From: Chiloscyllium plagiosum
Taxonomy: Eukaryota
NCBI RefSeq assembly: GCF_004010195.1
Contig: NC_057718.1
Location: 29,841,245-29,905,244 of the forward strand
Length of the DNA: 64,000 bases
Direction: 5' to 3'
Both the position numbers and the translations under genes were made by a program. Positions 25,380-38,999 of this stretch are shown piece after piece (position 1 is the first letter of the stretch; each line of letters opens with the position of its first letter). Under the pieces are notes generated by a model, which was given only the letters and a program-made list of their open reading frames with translations, did no database searches and was not told where the DNA came from.

Positions 25380-26460
25380 AGCTGAGTTAGACCATGGAAG
25401 GACTTCAGAATAAAGATGAGAATTGTCAAGGTTGCTTCTTGACCAAGTGCTAGGTCAACAAGTGTAAGGGCGAATCGGGTTTGATCAGAGAGAAGGAACA
25501 GGCAAAGTTTCAGGTGGTTTTACCTCACATCGGACAGAATGTGGGAGACCAGCCAGATGGTGATAAAGGCATGAACGACAGCTTCGGCAATAGATCAGCT
25601 GCAACATGGGGAAAAAGTTAGACAACGCGAAAGAGCTGGAAACAGAAGCTTACTGATATAAACATATTCCAGAAGCTCAAATGTGACACCGGAAATGGCA
25701 AAGAAGCTGGCTTAATATCAATCTACTACCAGGGAAATAGGGATGAATCAGTTGAGAAAATGGGTGTTTTGAGTGGGTACCAATAAAAAAAGCAGCTTAA
25801 ACTTCTCCATATATGAACTGAAAGGATCCAGCACTGATTTTGGATAAACAATCTGATAATTTATCAATGGTGGAGTCGTCAAGAGAGGTTGTCATGAGGG
25901 AGCACTGGGTGTCATCAGCTTAAAAGTGGAAATCAACACTCCTTTCAGATTAAGTCATGGACTGTTCTGTGCAAATGAGCAATAGGAGAGAGCAAGATAG
26001 ATCTTTGGAGGAAACCATGGGTAACACTGCAGAAGCAGGAAAATGAGTCTCTGGCTAGGATTGGATAGTTAATAAAGGAACAAGATGAGAGCAGTCACAC
26101 ACAGTTGGTTGACAGTGGAGAGTTGACAGTTGACAGTGACCTCTATGTCAGGCCAGCAGAGTTTAAAGCTACCTACTTCAGAATTGTGCAATAACATCTG
26201 GCGAAGTCAATTACAAAATATCTGTCAGTGGAGAGGTGTTGGGAATGGATGGAGTGGTCAATAATGGCAGAGGCCGCAGACAAGTCAAGAAGAAATGCTT
26301 ACTTTTGTGATAGTGATAAAGGGTGCCATTTGTGATTTAGCACCAAAAAAAAAAGCTCTTAGCTTCGGCTGGGGTGAATTTGAAGGAGTCCGACCTTAGG
26401 CTCTGATAAAAGATTTTGGAAGCAATTATTTAAGGAATTCAGAGAGAAGAGGAGAAAAAG
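25380..26460 (-). mobile_element. Degenerate L2 LINE RT remnant
   Basis: Minus strand FHF*ADDTQ at about 25905-25932. Confidence 0.5.
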
Positions 26461-26729
26461 TACTATTCCCGTTAACTGATGTAACAGATACTAATGTTTT
26501 GGGGCAAGGGTGATGGAGAAAATAACTTTTTTTTGTATATTTTATATTTGCAACATGCTCCCAAAGAAGTTGGTAGAAGCCGAGATCATACATTATTTAA
26601 AAAACAAATTTGATTAGAAGAAAATATTGCATGGCGACAGAGTAACAGCTGAATAGACTACATCACTTCAAGTCCTCTGTACAGCAATGTTTAAATAGCC
26701 TCTTTCTGTGCCATTACAAATCCTGGTGA

Positions 26730-26865
26730 ATGTTGGAGCTGATGTGCACACACTGGCTGCTGTGTTACCTACTTGAAATTTCAAAAGTAATTCATTGACT
26801 GTAAAATGCTTTGGGATGTCCTGAGGTCATGAAATGTGCTACCTAAATTCAAGTCCTTCTTTCTT
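26730..26865 (+). mobile_element. Deu-SINE (SacSINE1-like) 3' fragment
   Basis: gtgcacacactggctgctgtgttacctac...ctttgggatgtcctgaggtcatgaaa tail; related copies at about 43780-44100 (+) and 45135-45390 (-). Confidence 0.5.
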
Positions 26866-27455
26866 ACTGGTATAACCTTGCAGTTCTAGCATCAGATACT
26901 GCGATGATTTTTACATCCTCTCTGTATGATTGTACTCAAGTGTAGACAAACCAAGGATCAATACAATTTTGGTTTAACTCCTCTACTTTTAATTCTGAGA
27001 AATTAGCCTTTATGACTGGTTTGTTATGGCTTTATTGATCCCCGGTCATGCTTTTTCGTGAATTAGTATTGCCCAATTCCTTTTGTCCTCTACCAATGAA
27101 ATATTTGCTTTGTGTTTGTTTTTTTTAAGAAAATTTATGAAGCATAAACACCAACGTGGACCAGTTTGACAGAAGAGCCGGTTTCTCTGCTTTAAATATT
27201 GTATAATGTAAGGTGGGAGCTCCCTGGTTTCCTTATGAACAAATACATTTACTAATGTTGACATTCATTTGTCAATTATACATGCCTATTTTTCAAGTTC
27301 ATTAATAATTTTTTTTTAAAAAGTCTCAATGTTGACAATCCCTCCCAATGTTCTCACCTGCAAATATAGAAATTATGTTTTTGATTCCAAAAATCACAAT
27401 CATAAACAGTAGATCCTCCACATTTTTTTTTACATAGAAAACAGGATTAAGCCAT

Positions 27456-27790
27456 GGGCAACACGGTAGCTCAGTAGCTCGCACTGCTGCCTCATAGCAC
27501 CAGGAACCCAAGTTCGATCCTAGCCTCAGGTGATTGTTTGAGAGTGTGCACGTTCTCCCTGTCTCTGCATGGATTTCCTCTGGCTGCTCCAGTTTCCTCC
27601 CATAATCCAAAGGTCAGGTGGATTGGCCATACTAAATTGCCCATAGTGCCCAGGGATGTGTGGGTTGGGTGTATTACTGGGTAAATATAGGGTTGAGGGA
27701 AGTGAGTCTGGATGGGTTGCACTTTGGAGGGTCGGTATGAATTTGTTGGGCCGAAGGGCCTGTTTCCATACTGTAGGAATTCTAAATTCA
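27456..27790 (+). mobile_element. HE1-type V-SINE
   Basis: tRNA head with A box (ggtagctcagtag) and B box (gttcgatcc), V domain, CR1-like tail gggccgaagggcctgtttccatactgt. Confidence 0.9.
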
Positions 27791-28643
27791 GTCCTTCAAG
27801 ACTGCTCAACAATTCACGTTGGCCATAGCTGGTCATCCAACTCAATAGCCTATTCCCATCCCACCACCCATCCCAATATCCTTTGATCCCTTTAGCCCAG
27901 AGTACCATATCCAGCTCCTTGAAATCCTACAATGCTTTGGTATTGACGACTTTAGTGGTAACAAACTCCACAGGCTTACCATTCAGAGTGAAGAAATTTC
28001 TCATCTCAGTCCTAAAATGTCTACCACATTCTTATGAGCCACCTGTTATCCTCACACTCTGCTTTGTCTTTCAACCTGCGAGTTACACATTCTTATTACT
28101 ACCCCTTCATTCTGGCTGCTTTGATCTTCTTCATTAGTGGTTTAAATGGCCATGATCAAATACCTTTTTGGGACACTGGTTGCATGCAGGAGATTTAATA
28201 CACTTGTCGGCTTGATTATCTCTTCAAAAAGGATTCAAAGCAATTGATCAATCGAGATTTAACCTCTTGAAATCTATCTTGACTGCTGTTAGTAAGGCAC
28301 TTCCATTATTCATACTTCTAAAGTCTGAAAATTGGTTCATTTGAAGTACTGAGATATTTCAGACTTGGTTTTTAAAAGTAAGCACACAAAGAATAGCATG
28401 AAATACTTACTTAGCAAAAGTGCTTAAAAGAATACGCATGTCTCAGTTTACAGCCTGCAGGTGTTTTGGCTATATTTATATTTGGTTTTGGGAGTCAACT
28501 GTGGGTATCACTTGTGAAGTGACAAGAGCCCCAAGCTCAACTTCTACCACCTTTCTGAAAAAAAACTTTATTGAGGAGTGCCGACAAGCTGAATAGCTGC
28601 TTTCCCTGACAGGCTTTTGGAAGAACATACAACATCTAAACAT

Positions 28644-28929
28644 GTGGAGATGCAAGAGTCGGACTAGGGTGGCAAGGTCAATAATCAAACGTCACCAGGT
28701 TATTGTCCAACAGGTTTATTTGAAATTGCAAGACAGTTAACTGCCTCACGGATTAAAAGGATTCAGCAATGACAACTAGTTTTAAAATTGATAACTTATT
28801 GCTTATAAATACTGTGTCTTATACCAGTCTATCATACCATGCCTGAGGAAGGGACTGAGCTCTGAAAGTTTGCAATTTCAAATAAACCTGTTGGACTATA
28901 ACCTGGTGATGTTTCATTCTTGACCTGAT
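28644..28929. mobile_element. Fold-back PLE tail (family C)
   Basis: Inverted arms at about 28677-28732 and 28870-28924; decayed hammerhead CTGAGGA...GAAAG at 28843-28868; TSD-like tctaaacat (28635-28643) and tctgaacat (28930-28938). Confidence 0.7.
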
Positions 28930-29609
28930 TCTGAACATAACAGTTTTCACCAGGATCTCTTCAGTTGGTCTGTGAGTGCACTGTGATCGATCCACATGTG
29001 TCAGTTTACAAGACTCAAGGTCATTAGAAACTTTAGAAACAAAATTAGAAACATTTTCTATCTTATCGTTTTATTTTCTGAAAGTTAACAATTATTTGAT
29101 CAATTTTTTTTGATAGTTATTCTCTAAAGAGAAAATTAAATTTTTTTCCTTTAACTATTCTGCACGCACATATTTGGTTATTTAGAAATGTAAATATGTA
29201 GACTTTGATATTTCAAACTGTGTTAATCAGCTTTGCGACTTTACCAAATAAGTCTTTCCATAGGAACTCAAATTTTCTTTACTGAAGAAACTGAGTTGAC
29301 AGATATTTGTATTCTGAACACAACATACAAAATTGGCAACTGGGGACAGGGGGGAAAGAAGAGAGAGAAAAAAAAACAGGCAGAGGGTTGTTTTGGAGGG
29401 GGGGGGAGGGGGGGGGGGGAGGAGGGGGGCGGTGGCAGAAGGGAGAGGGAACAATCCTATAACCTCAGTTGTAACACTGTTCACTATTTCAGTCCGGTGT
29501 TGGAGCGACCATCTTTCTGTTCGAGTGAAAGTAGAAGTCACTAATAAAATGTTGAGTGTATGGTCTGTCAATATTCAACTTCCATCAATTGACACGAAAA
29601 ATCCAAGAC

Positions 29610-31470
29610 ATTCAAGGGAATATACATTAGAGAGCAATCAGGAGGGCAAAAAAAAAGGGGACATAAGATTGCTTTGGTATATACAATTGAGGAGAATCCA
29701 AAGGGTTTTTATAAATACATTAAGGACAAAAGGTAACTAGGGAGAGAATAGGGTCCCTCAAATATCAGCAAGGCGGAGCCGCAGGAGATGTGGAGATACT
29801 AAACGAGTATTTTGCATCAGCGTTTACTGTGGAAAAGGACATAGAAAATATAGAATGTAGGGAAATAGATGGTGACATCTTGAAAAATGTCCATATTATA
29901 GAGGAGGAAGTGCTGGATGTCTCAAAATGCATAAAAGTGGATAAATCCCCAGGATCTGATCAGGTATACCCTAGAACTCTAAGAAGCTAGAGAAGTGATT
30001 GATGGGCCTCTTGCTGAGATATTTGTTTCATCAATACTCACAGGTGAGGTGCCAGAAGACTGGAGGTTGGCTCACATGGTGCTAATATGTAAGAAAGGTG
30101 GTAAGGACAAACCAGGGAACTATAGACCGGTGAGAGTGACGTCGGTGGTGAGCAAGTTGTTGGAGGGAATCCTGAGGGATAGGATGTACATGTATTTGGA
30201 AAGGCAAGGACTGATTAGGGATAGTCAACATGGCTTTATGCGTGGGAAATCATGTCTCACAAACTTGATTGAGTTTTTTGAGGAAGTAACAAAGAGGATT
30301 GATGAGGGCAGAGCAGTAGACTTGACCTATATGGACTTCAGTAAGGTGTTCAACAAGGTTCCCCCATGGGAGACTGGTTCAGAAGGTTAGATCTTGTGGA
30401 ATACAGGGAGAACGTACCATTTGGATACAGAATTGGCTCAAAGGTAGAAGACAGGGTGGTGGTGGAGAGCTGTTTTTCAAACTTAAGGCCACAGGATCGG
30501 TGCTGGGTCCGCTACTTTTCATCATTTATATCAATGATTTGAATGTAAGCATAAGAGGTATAGTTAGTAAGTTTGCAGGTGACACCAACATTGGAGGTGT
30601 AGTGGACGGTGAAGAAGGTTATCTCAGATTATAACAGGATCTTGATCGGATGGGCCCATGGCTGAGAAGTGGCAGACGGAATTCAATTTAGATAAATGTG
30701 AGGTGCTGCATCTTGGGAAAGCAAATCTTAGCAGGACTTATACACTTAATGGTAAGGTCCTGGGGAGTGTTGCTGAACAAAGAGACCTTGGAGTGCAGGT
30801 TCACAGCTCCTTGAATGTAGAGTAACAGATAGCTAGGATAGTGAAGGTGGTGTTTGGTATACTTTCCTTTACTGGTATTGAGTATAGGGGTTGGGAGGTC
30901 ATGTTGCTGTACAGGACATTGGTTAGGCCACTTTTGAAATATCGCATGCTATTCTGGTCTCCTTCCTATCGGAAATTTTGCAAAATTTGAAAAGGTTCAG
31001 AAAAGATTTACAAGGATGTTGCTTAGGTTGGAGCATTTGAGCTACAGGTAGAGGTTGAATAGGCTGGGGCTGTCTTCCCTGGAGCGGAGGCTAAGGGGTG
31101 ACCTTATAGGAGGCTTATAAGGTCATGAGCGGCAGGGACAAGATAAATAGACAAAGTCTCTTCGCTGGGGTGGAAGAGTCCAGAACTTGAGGTCTTAAGT
31201 TTAGGGTGAGAGGGGATTTAAAAGGAGACCGAAGGGGCAACATGAAGAGGGTGGTATGTGTATGGAATGGGCTGCCAGAGGAAGTGGTGGAGATGGTACA
31301 ACTGCAACATTTAAAAGGCATTTGGATGGGTATATGAATAGGAAGGGTTTGGAGGGATATGGGCCGGGTGCTGGCAGGTGGGACTAGATTGTGTTGGGAT
31401 ATCTGGTCGGCTTGGATGAGTTGGACCGAAGTGTTTGTTTCCATGCTGTACATCTCTATGACTCTATGAC
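29610..31470 (+). mobile_element. CR1 LINE, 5'-truncated ORF2
   Basis: LNEYFAS.FT, PGNYRPV..TSVV.KLLE, QHGF..GKSCLTNL; tail ctatgactctatgact. Confidence 0.92.
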
Positions 31471-31678
31471 TTCAAAACAAAGTAAAGTTTTTTTAAAAAG
31501 GACGTTGCCATTTTAAAATGGCTGTTATGATCACCTGACAAGCCCAGACAATTTGGATGGAGTGTACAAACCAACTTTATCAGAATTAACATTTCTGTTT
31601 AAGAGTCATTGAAACTTAGTGAAGCATTACGATGTTTGTACCTCTTGTTTTTGTCATATTTTGAATTTGCTAAGTTAC

Positions 31679-31817
31679 CTGCAGATGGTTCAGTTTTACA
31701 TGGGCAATGCAGTGATGGGAATATGTAAACGAACTATATTTCAGTAGTTTACACTGATCAAAAAGATGGAACATGCAACATGAACCAACAACGACACTGG
31801 AAGCTCTTCTATTATCC
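31679..31817 (-). other. Candidate coding exon of an unidentified host gene
   Basis: Acceptor ttgtttctgaatttag, donor CAG|gtaact, 139 nt, one open frame DNRRASSVVVGSCCMFHLFDQCKLLKYSSFTYSHHCIAHVKLNHLQ; non-repetitive-looking sequence. Confidence 0.3.
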
Positions 31818-32303
31818 CTAAATTCAGAAACAAGCGAATGAAAAACAACTTAGAGCAACAACGATTCACCGAGAACACCAGAACATTTGCCATTTCAAAG
31901 GAAACAAGATGATATACTCGCAGTCGAGTCTTTTCAAACTTGCAACTGAGACTCAAGAAGAACTGCACTGGCTTTACATATCCAGTTTCATTCCTTTTAA
32001 AATGCTTTAGTAATTTCACACAACTGTGAGTGGTTTGCTTGGATATTTCAGCTGGCAGTGAAATGTCAGCCAAATTGCTCTGGATTCTGGACTCTAGACT
32101 GGACAAGGTAAAGACAACAGATTTCCTTCTCAGATTAGGAGCAATCTCTTGAGCTAGAGCGTGATAAATCTGTGGAACTCATTGCTGCAGAAGGCTACAG
32201 AGGCCAAATCAGTGAGTGTATTTAAGACTGAGATAAACAGGCTTTTTGTTAAGGGGATCAAATGGTACAGGGAGAAAAGAGAATGAGGTTGAAAACCCAT
32301 ATC

Positions 32304-35300
32304 GGGGGATTCAAGATGGCAGCAACCCAATAGGTCTGCACCAGAACCCAGACAAAGTGGAGCACTCACACTCCCTTCACTGTTTAATTTGTTGGAAATA
32401 ACTATTTCCTGACCCTTAGAATTATTTAGCACTAGTTCTGAACAGTTTGGTGCACTTTAGAAGATGACTAAGGGGAAAGGAGCATAGGGATTGACAGGGA
32501 CCCCCCGCAACAACGGACACACCCGTGGCCACAGTGTTGGCCTCCGTGACCGCCCCAGGGGACTCACCAGCAGATCTCAGAGCAGAGCCTGAAATGGGGC
32601 AATGGGTCGCAGCTTCCAACACAGAGGCCGAATCCTCAGTGGGTCGGGTTCAGGCCCTGGAACACCGAGTGCAGGCCTTGGAGGAGCAGGCTGACAACCT
32701 CAAAAATCAAGGTCATCAGAAGAACACCGGTTACTGGAGCTTCCTGAATGGGAGAAAGGCAGCCAGCTTGTCAGCTCTCTGGAGCAATGGCTCTCACAGT
32801 TTCTGAGGCCGGAGTCTGAGGTAGGCTGGGTGCAGGTTGAGCGGGCCTACTGCGTCGTAGTGCGCAGGCCCAAATCAGACCGGCGCCCCTGCCTGGTCCG
32901 ATTGTGACTCCATTATAGAGACAAACTAATGATGCTGGATGCTGTAGAGCACTGGGGAAGGATTCTCAGGCTATGGTACATAAAGGATCATGAATTATGC
33001 TTTTTCAGGACTTTTTCCCGGTCGTGATTCGCAAGAGGAAGGCCTTTGATGAGGTAAAACAAATAAGCAGCTGTGGGACCGGAATATCCAGTATTCCATT
33101 AGATATCTAGCAATACTGCATTTTAGCCATGGAGGGTCAGTGTTCAACTCTGATTCACTAGAAAAGACAAAGGACTTCTTGGATGCTTTAAAATAGACTG
33201 ACTGGCTTGAACTATATGGACAATTATTTTATTTTTTTTCTCTGTAATTTGCCAGGTTTACCTGGTTGTCAGGGAGGGTGGTCTTGGTCTTGTTTTTAAT
33301 ATATGTCAGGGTCATAATTATCTCTCTTTTTTTTCCTGTCCCTTCTCCTGTAATCCTTTGCTTTGGATGAATGGGGGGGGGGGGGGGAGAAAGCAGGGAG
33401 AGTTTTTTTTGTTTTTTGTTGTTGTTCTACCAGGAGTGCCTAGGATTACAGTATGGAAGAGGCAGGTTAGGTGCCCACTTTTAACTTGCTTGTCATTAGA
33501 TATTGTATTTTTTTCCTTTGTGTTGCCTGGGGCAGGGGGACAGCTTCAGCTAGAAGGAGTCATGGTGGGATTAATGAGTGGTATGAACTCCCCCTGTGGA
33601 CAAGGGGGAAGTCTCCTTTCAGTTATATTATATGTTGATATGTAGTATAAGCAGTTGTTAGAAGTTTTGATTCAGTAGTTTTGGAAGTTGCATTTTTAAA
33701 CTTATACGAACTGTTTATGGTTTTCACTCTGCGCACTACAAATGGCGTTCTTCCTTCCGGGGGTCACTGACTGTTTCGGACAATCATGGCTAGCCATTCG
33801 TTTAAATGGTGCACCTGGAATGTTCAGGGGAGTCATTCACCAATTAAGAGAAAATAGATATGGTCAAGTCTTAGAAAAGAGAGGGTCGATGTAGCCTTGT
33901 AACAAGAAACGCACTTAACCAATAAGGAGATTTGAAGTTGCAACAGGGAGGATTCGGCCAGGTGTTTTTCTCATTTTTTAACTCGTAGTAGAGGAGTTGC
34001 TATTCTAAATCAGGAATAGCCTCCCATTTCAAATGCTAGGCCAAACTAAGGATGAGTGCGGGCGATTCATAATACTTAAAGCTTTAATACATGGAGAGGA
34101 ATATAGGATTCTTAATGTATGTTGCTCCCTGGCACATTCCTTTAAATTTGTGACAGATGCAGTCTCGAGGTTGATGGCCCTTGGGGTGCATCATACAATT
34201 ATAGAGGGAGGTTTTAATCGTATTATTGACCCAGAGGTGGACAGAATGCCTAGGGGTCTTGCAAGTATGTCTATGCAATCCAGGCAGTTGTGGACTTGAA
34301 CAGGGAGTTGGGGTCGGTGGACGTATGGAGATGTCTTCGCTCCAAAGGTGGGGATTTTACCTTTTTCCCCAACTCAATAAAAGTGCTATACTAGAATTGA
34401 CAGGTTATTTGTCCCATCAAACTTTTTGAACTCAGTACCATCTTGCAGAATAGGGAATATAGCAGTTTCTGGTCATACATGGAGGTATACATGGAGGTCA
34501 AGGCTGGTGGTGGCGGGACGGGTTCCCAGCACTAGCGCATGTACTCCTTCCTCCTGAAAGATAGCATGTTTATACAGTATTTTTTGCAGGAGTTTAAAAT
34601 TTTTGGGGATATTAATTTAGGCATGGCCAGCAACCCATCGGTGGTGTGGGAGACTGCCAAGGCCTATGCACAGGATTTGATTATTTCTTACTCTGTGAAT
34701 CAGAAGAAATGACAGAGGGGAGAACAGCAACGTTTGCTCGAGGCTCGCCTGAAGGCAGCTGAGCTAGCATACTTTGCTAGGTCATCTAAAACTAATCTGC
34801 AGCGGATTACACCCTTTAGGGCTGCTTTGAATGCTGCACTTACCCAAACAGCAAAGAGGGAAATCTCATTTGCGAAACAGATTATTTGAGTATGGTGATA
34901 AACTAGGTAGATATCTAGCGTACTTGGCTAGAAAGAAGAATGCTCCCCAAACTACTACATCCAAAGAGAATGCTGGTACTCTTACTTGCAATGCTAAAAT
35001 GATTAATGCAGCATTTAGAAGGTTTTATTTTCCGCTGTATCAGTCGGAGGACTGTGAGGATAAAATGATGAAGATGGAGTCCTTTTTTAAGGCCTTGAAC
35101 CTTTTGGATGTAACCTCAGAGCAAGTGTCCTTTCTGAGTGCCCCCCTGACAATTCAGGAAGTACAGGTGGTGGTAAGGCTGCTCCAGAACGTAAAGCATC
35201 CAGACCAGATGGATTTCAAAGTGCGTTTTATAAGGAGTTTATAGACAGGCTAGCCGGGCCACTCTTGAATATGTACAATTACTGAGTCAGGGCTGCCTCC

Positions 35301-37960
35301 CATCTCCTTTGAGAGAAGCAAATATTTCTCTTAAGTAAGGAAAGTCTAAGATTGCACTTCATACAGACTCATATTGTTACAGAATGCAGATTTTAAAATC
35401 CTGCCAAAAATGCTGGCGTGAAGGCTGGAGGGGGTATTTCCTTTTATTGTAAAGGAAGACCAATCAGGTTTTATTAAGGGTTGTAGGTCTACCACCAATA
35501 TTAGAAGAGTATTAAATATGGTCCAAATACGTCAGCAAAGAGTGATCCCAGTTTTGGTAGTCTTCCTGGATGCAGAAAAACCATTTGACCAAGTAGAGTG
35601 GCCATACCTCTTTTATGTCATGGACGGTTTGGTCTTGGAGAGGTTTTACCAAATGGGTGGCACTGCTGTGTAATGATCCGAAAGCAGCAGTTCTCATTAA
35701 TGGTACACGATCAGATAGTTTTAGTGTCGGCAGAGGCTGCCGTCAAGGATGCACTCTCTCACCACTATTATTGACAACAGTGATCGAGCCGCTGGCGGAA
35801 GCCATCCGGAAGGATCCCAATATAACTGTCCCGGAGGTAATGTCAGGCAGGCATAAAATTGCTCTCTATACGTATGATGTTCTTCTCTTTTTAATTGATC
35901 CAATGATCTCTGTACCCCACTTAATACAAGTGATTAATCTATTTGGTTTATTTTCATGAAATAAAATTTATTTCATGAAATCAGAGGCCATGCCTGTGGG
36001 CGGTCTTACTAGTATATCCAACGTTGGGGATGGAACCTGTTTCCCCTTCCAGTGGTCACAGGGAGGTTGTCTGTATTTAGGCATTTTTATTACCCCAGTT
36101 TTCGATTAATATATAAAGCCAATTACAGGCAGTTGCTAGAGAAGATAAGGCAGGACCTTCGGCGCTGGGAAGATCTTCCGATGTCTTAGTTCGGCAGAAT
36201 AGCTCTGGTTAAGATGAATGTTCTTCCTCGCTTATTATATCCTATGACAATGCTCCATTTGATGCTGCCAAGGCAAGCACGGCACAGGCTTTACAGCTGG
36301 CTTGGATCTTCTATTTGGCATCATCGGTAGGCAATCTCTTATTAAGCTAGATAAATTGCAACTTCGGGGGGGGGGGGGGGGGGGGGCACTGGGTTTTCCA
36401 GACTTTAGGAAATACCAATTCAGTACCTTACTATCCTACGTGGCTGAACGCCTGTCACGATCCACGATCGATCTAGCTAGACATTGAGGCCTCCCAGACA
36501 AAATGCTCTCTTATTAATTTGTTGTTTATGGACACAATGAGAACTTATGGATCATTGTAAAAAAAAAAGAGTCCTAAACACAGTTAAAGCACAGAGAAAG
36601 ATGCGGCAGGGCAAGAGCAATTTACAAAAAACTTCCCCTTTCACTCCCATAGTAAGAATGTTGGAATTCCAGCCGGGTTCGATGGACTCTGGCTTTAAGC
36701 TCTAGGAGTCCAGAGGAATCTCCTGTTTGGGAGATCTATTTGACGGGGAGGTCATGATGTCCTTCGAACAGCTGAGTCAGAAATTCGAGCTACCTAGGAA
36801 AGATCTCTTTCATTACTTCCCAGTTAGAGACAGTATTAAAAAAATGACTACATTGGTGATTAACCCCTACAAGTTGAGCATAGAGAGGAGAATGCTCCAG
36901 TCTACAGGCACCCTCTTGGTTAGCACTCTCAATCAATTGTTAGGTAGTAAAGTCTCGCAGGACATTGAACGGCTATATAAAACCTGGACTCAAGAATTAG
37001 GGGTGGAAATCTCAGATGTGGGAGGATATCTGGGAAAATGTTCAGAAGATCTCAATTTGTAATAGGACCCAGGCTATTCAACTGAAGGTAAGTCATAGAG
37101 CTCACTTGGCACCGGAACAGCTTGCAAAATTTAAGACAGGAGTGTCTCCAATGCGCCCCAAGTGTAAAATGGTAGTTGGTTCTCTTACTCATTGCTTGTG
37201 GTCACATCACAAGCTCCGCAGGTATTGGTATGACATAAAGTGTGTTTTGGCAAAGGTTTTGGGAAATTGAGGTTAAGTTGGATCCGGTGTCCCTCCTTTC
37301 GGGTCTTCCAAATCTTCCCTCCCTCGATGCGCATGGGAACAAATTGTTTAATATTCTTTCTACATGAGGAAGAACATTCTAATGAGCTGGGTATCAGAGA
37401 ATTCCCCCAGGACTCTCGAGTTGGTGTATGATAGTCATGGAACATATACCCCTGGACTTCCTTACAAGTATGGTACACCAGAAAACTGAATTGATTTACA
37501 GTTCATGGCAGCCCTTTTGTATTATATTGATGCAGATTTATTGGCTACAATGTTCAGGGTCTTTGTGTAGCTGTGAGGTTTGTGTCTGTGAGTCTGGCGA
37601 CCCCTTGGGGGTGGGGAGGCAGGGGGAGGGGAGAGAAATCCTGAACAAATACGGGTTTACTTACTCTTGCTCCCAGTGGTGGAGAGCTTGAATGAGATTG
37701 CGCCGAGGAGTGCAATAATTTAATTAAATATACCTTGTTATAACTTGGTTTAATTTTATTTTTTTTCTTCTTTCCCCATGGTTATTTGTTAAATTGCAAT
37801 TTTTGTAGTTTTTTGTTTTTTCATGTTTCGTTAGTCTCTGGCGTAGTACTTTGTTTTCTATTATTTCTGTTATAATGTAAAGATGTCATACTATGTTGTA
37901 CTGGTTGTGTAATTTTGTAAAAACCTAAAATTTTTAAAAATACTTCATAAAAAACAAGAA
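32304..37960 (+). mobile_element. Full-length, decayed L1-clade LINE (about 5.65 kb) inserted in a CR1 3' end
   Basis: 5' end GGGGGATTCAAGATGGC; ORF1 remnant about 32464-33196 (coiled coil RVQALEEQADNLKN, FQDF, RKRKAFDEVK); ORF2 remnant from 33786 (TWNVQG, QETHL, GCRQGC.LSPLL, Cys domain); T-rich 3' UTR and A tail; TSD core catatc at 32298-32303 and 37961-37966. Confidence 0.92.
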
Positions 37961-38999
37961 CATATCAGCCAGGATCGTAATGATGGACTAGACTCTGGTC
38001 AGAATGGCTAATACACTGACATTGATCCTTGTAGCGCTTCACTATTAACATTATTCCAACCTGAAAAAGACCCATAAATCCAGAATCGATCTTCTGTGTG
38101 TCAACCAATCCTCAATCTATGTTAATACATTATGCTCAATACCGCAAGTTCCATAATTTCCTTTTCAGCCATGTTGACCTTTTGTTTGTATTATTCTTCT
38201 CCAAAGGTCCTGCTATTTCTTTCTTAAAAAGGACTCTAGCGTGTTCCCAACTACATATGCTCAGCCAACTCACGTTGGTCTTCCTTCTTGAGCAGGGATG
38301 TCACATCACCAAACTGCAGGAACTCTCCCAGAAACCAACAAGTTCTAGAATGATTTAATCAACGGCTCTACTACCGCTACAGCCACTTCCTTTAAAAGAA
38401 TACCACTGAGACATGGGAAGACTACATGAATTGAAAGGCAAATACAGTATGGCTAATTTTTCTACATTGTGTGCCAAATTGCTGTCCATACATGGCATAC
38501 ATACTCTAGTATAAAATGTATTTACCATACCCCTATCATAACCAACCCACCCAGAGTTTTATTGGAGAGAGAAAAAAAATTCTCGCACATCTCTTAGCTG
38601 TTCATTTTAATTATTGAATGTGGTTGACCCTGAACAAAGCCAGCTTGCACAACTGCTAACCATGCAAGAAAGCCAAATTACCAGTACCTAGTTAGAAATC
38701 ATTGGTGACCAATTGTGTCTCCTCCAGCCCCATCTCCTCCAATACAGAAGCAAATGTCATCGAAAAAAATAATGATGTGACTGGGAGGAAAGAGTGAATG
38801 GACTAAAAATTCAGAGCAGTTATTTATATGGAGTGGCGATGGGTACAACATTTGCTTTATAAAACAACACTACGGAATTGAACAATTTGAATCGAATAGA
38901 ATAGTTCATTGCAGAAAGCTGGCTGAAATTAGCAGAGGTTGAAACAAGTCAGGTCAGCAAGCAGGACAGGCAGAAATCTTTGTGGTTAAGTCAACAGTA

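Noticed and set aside
27456..27530. tRNA-like A/B boxes (also 42130-42200, 50454-50525, 15680-15765)
   Set aside because: These are SINE heads, not tRNA genes.
28410..28556. Minus-strand segment with strong acceptor (ttttttttcag) and donor (gtaagt)
   Set aside because: All three frames contain stops; at most a non-coding or dead exon.
29395..29432. Long G runs / G-quadruplex potential (also 33374, 36366, 56570)
   Set aside because: Homopolymer slippage tracts with no evidence of function.
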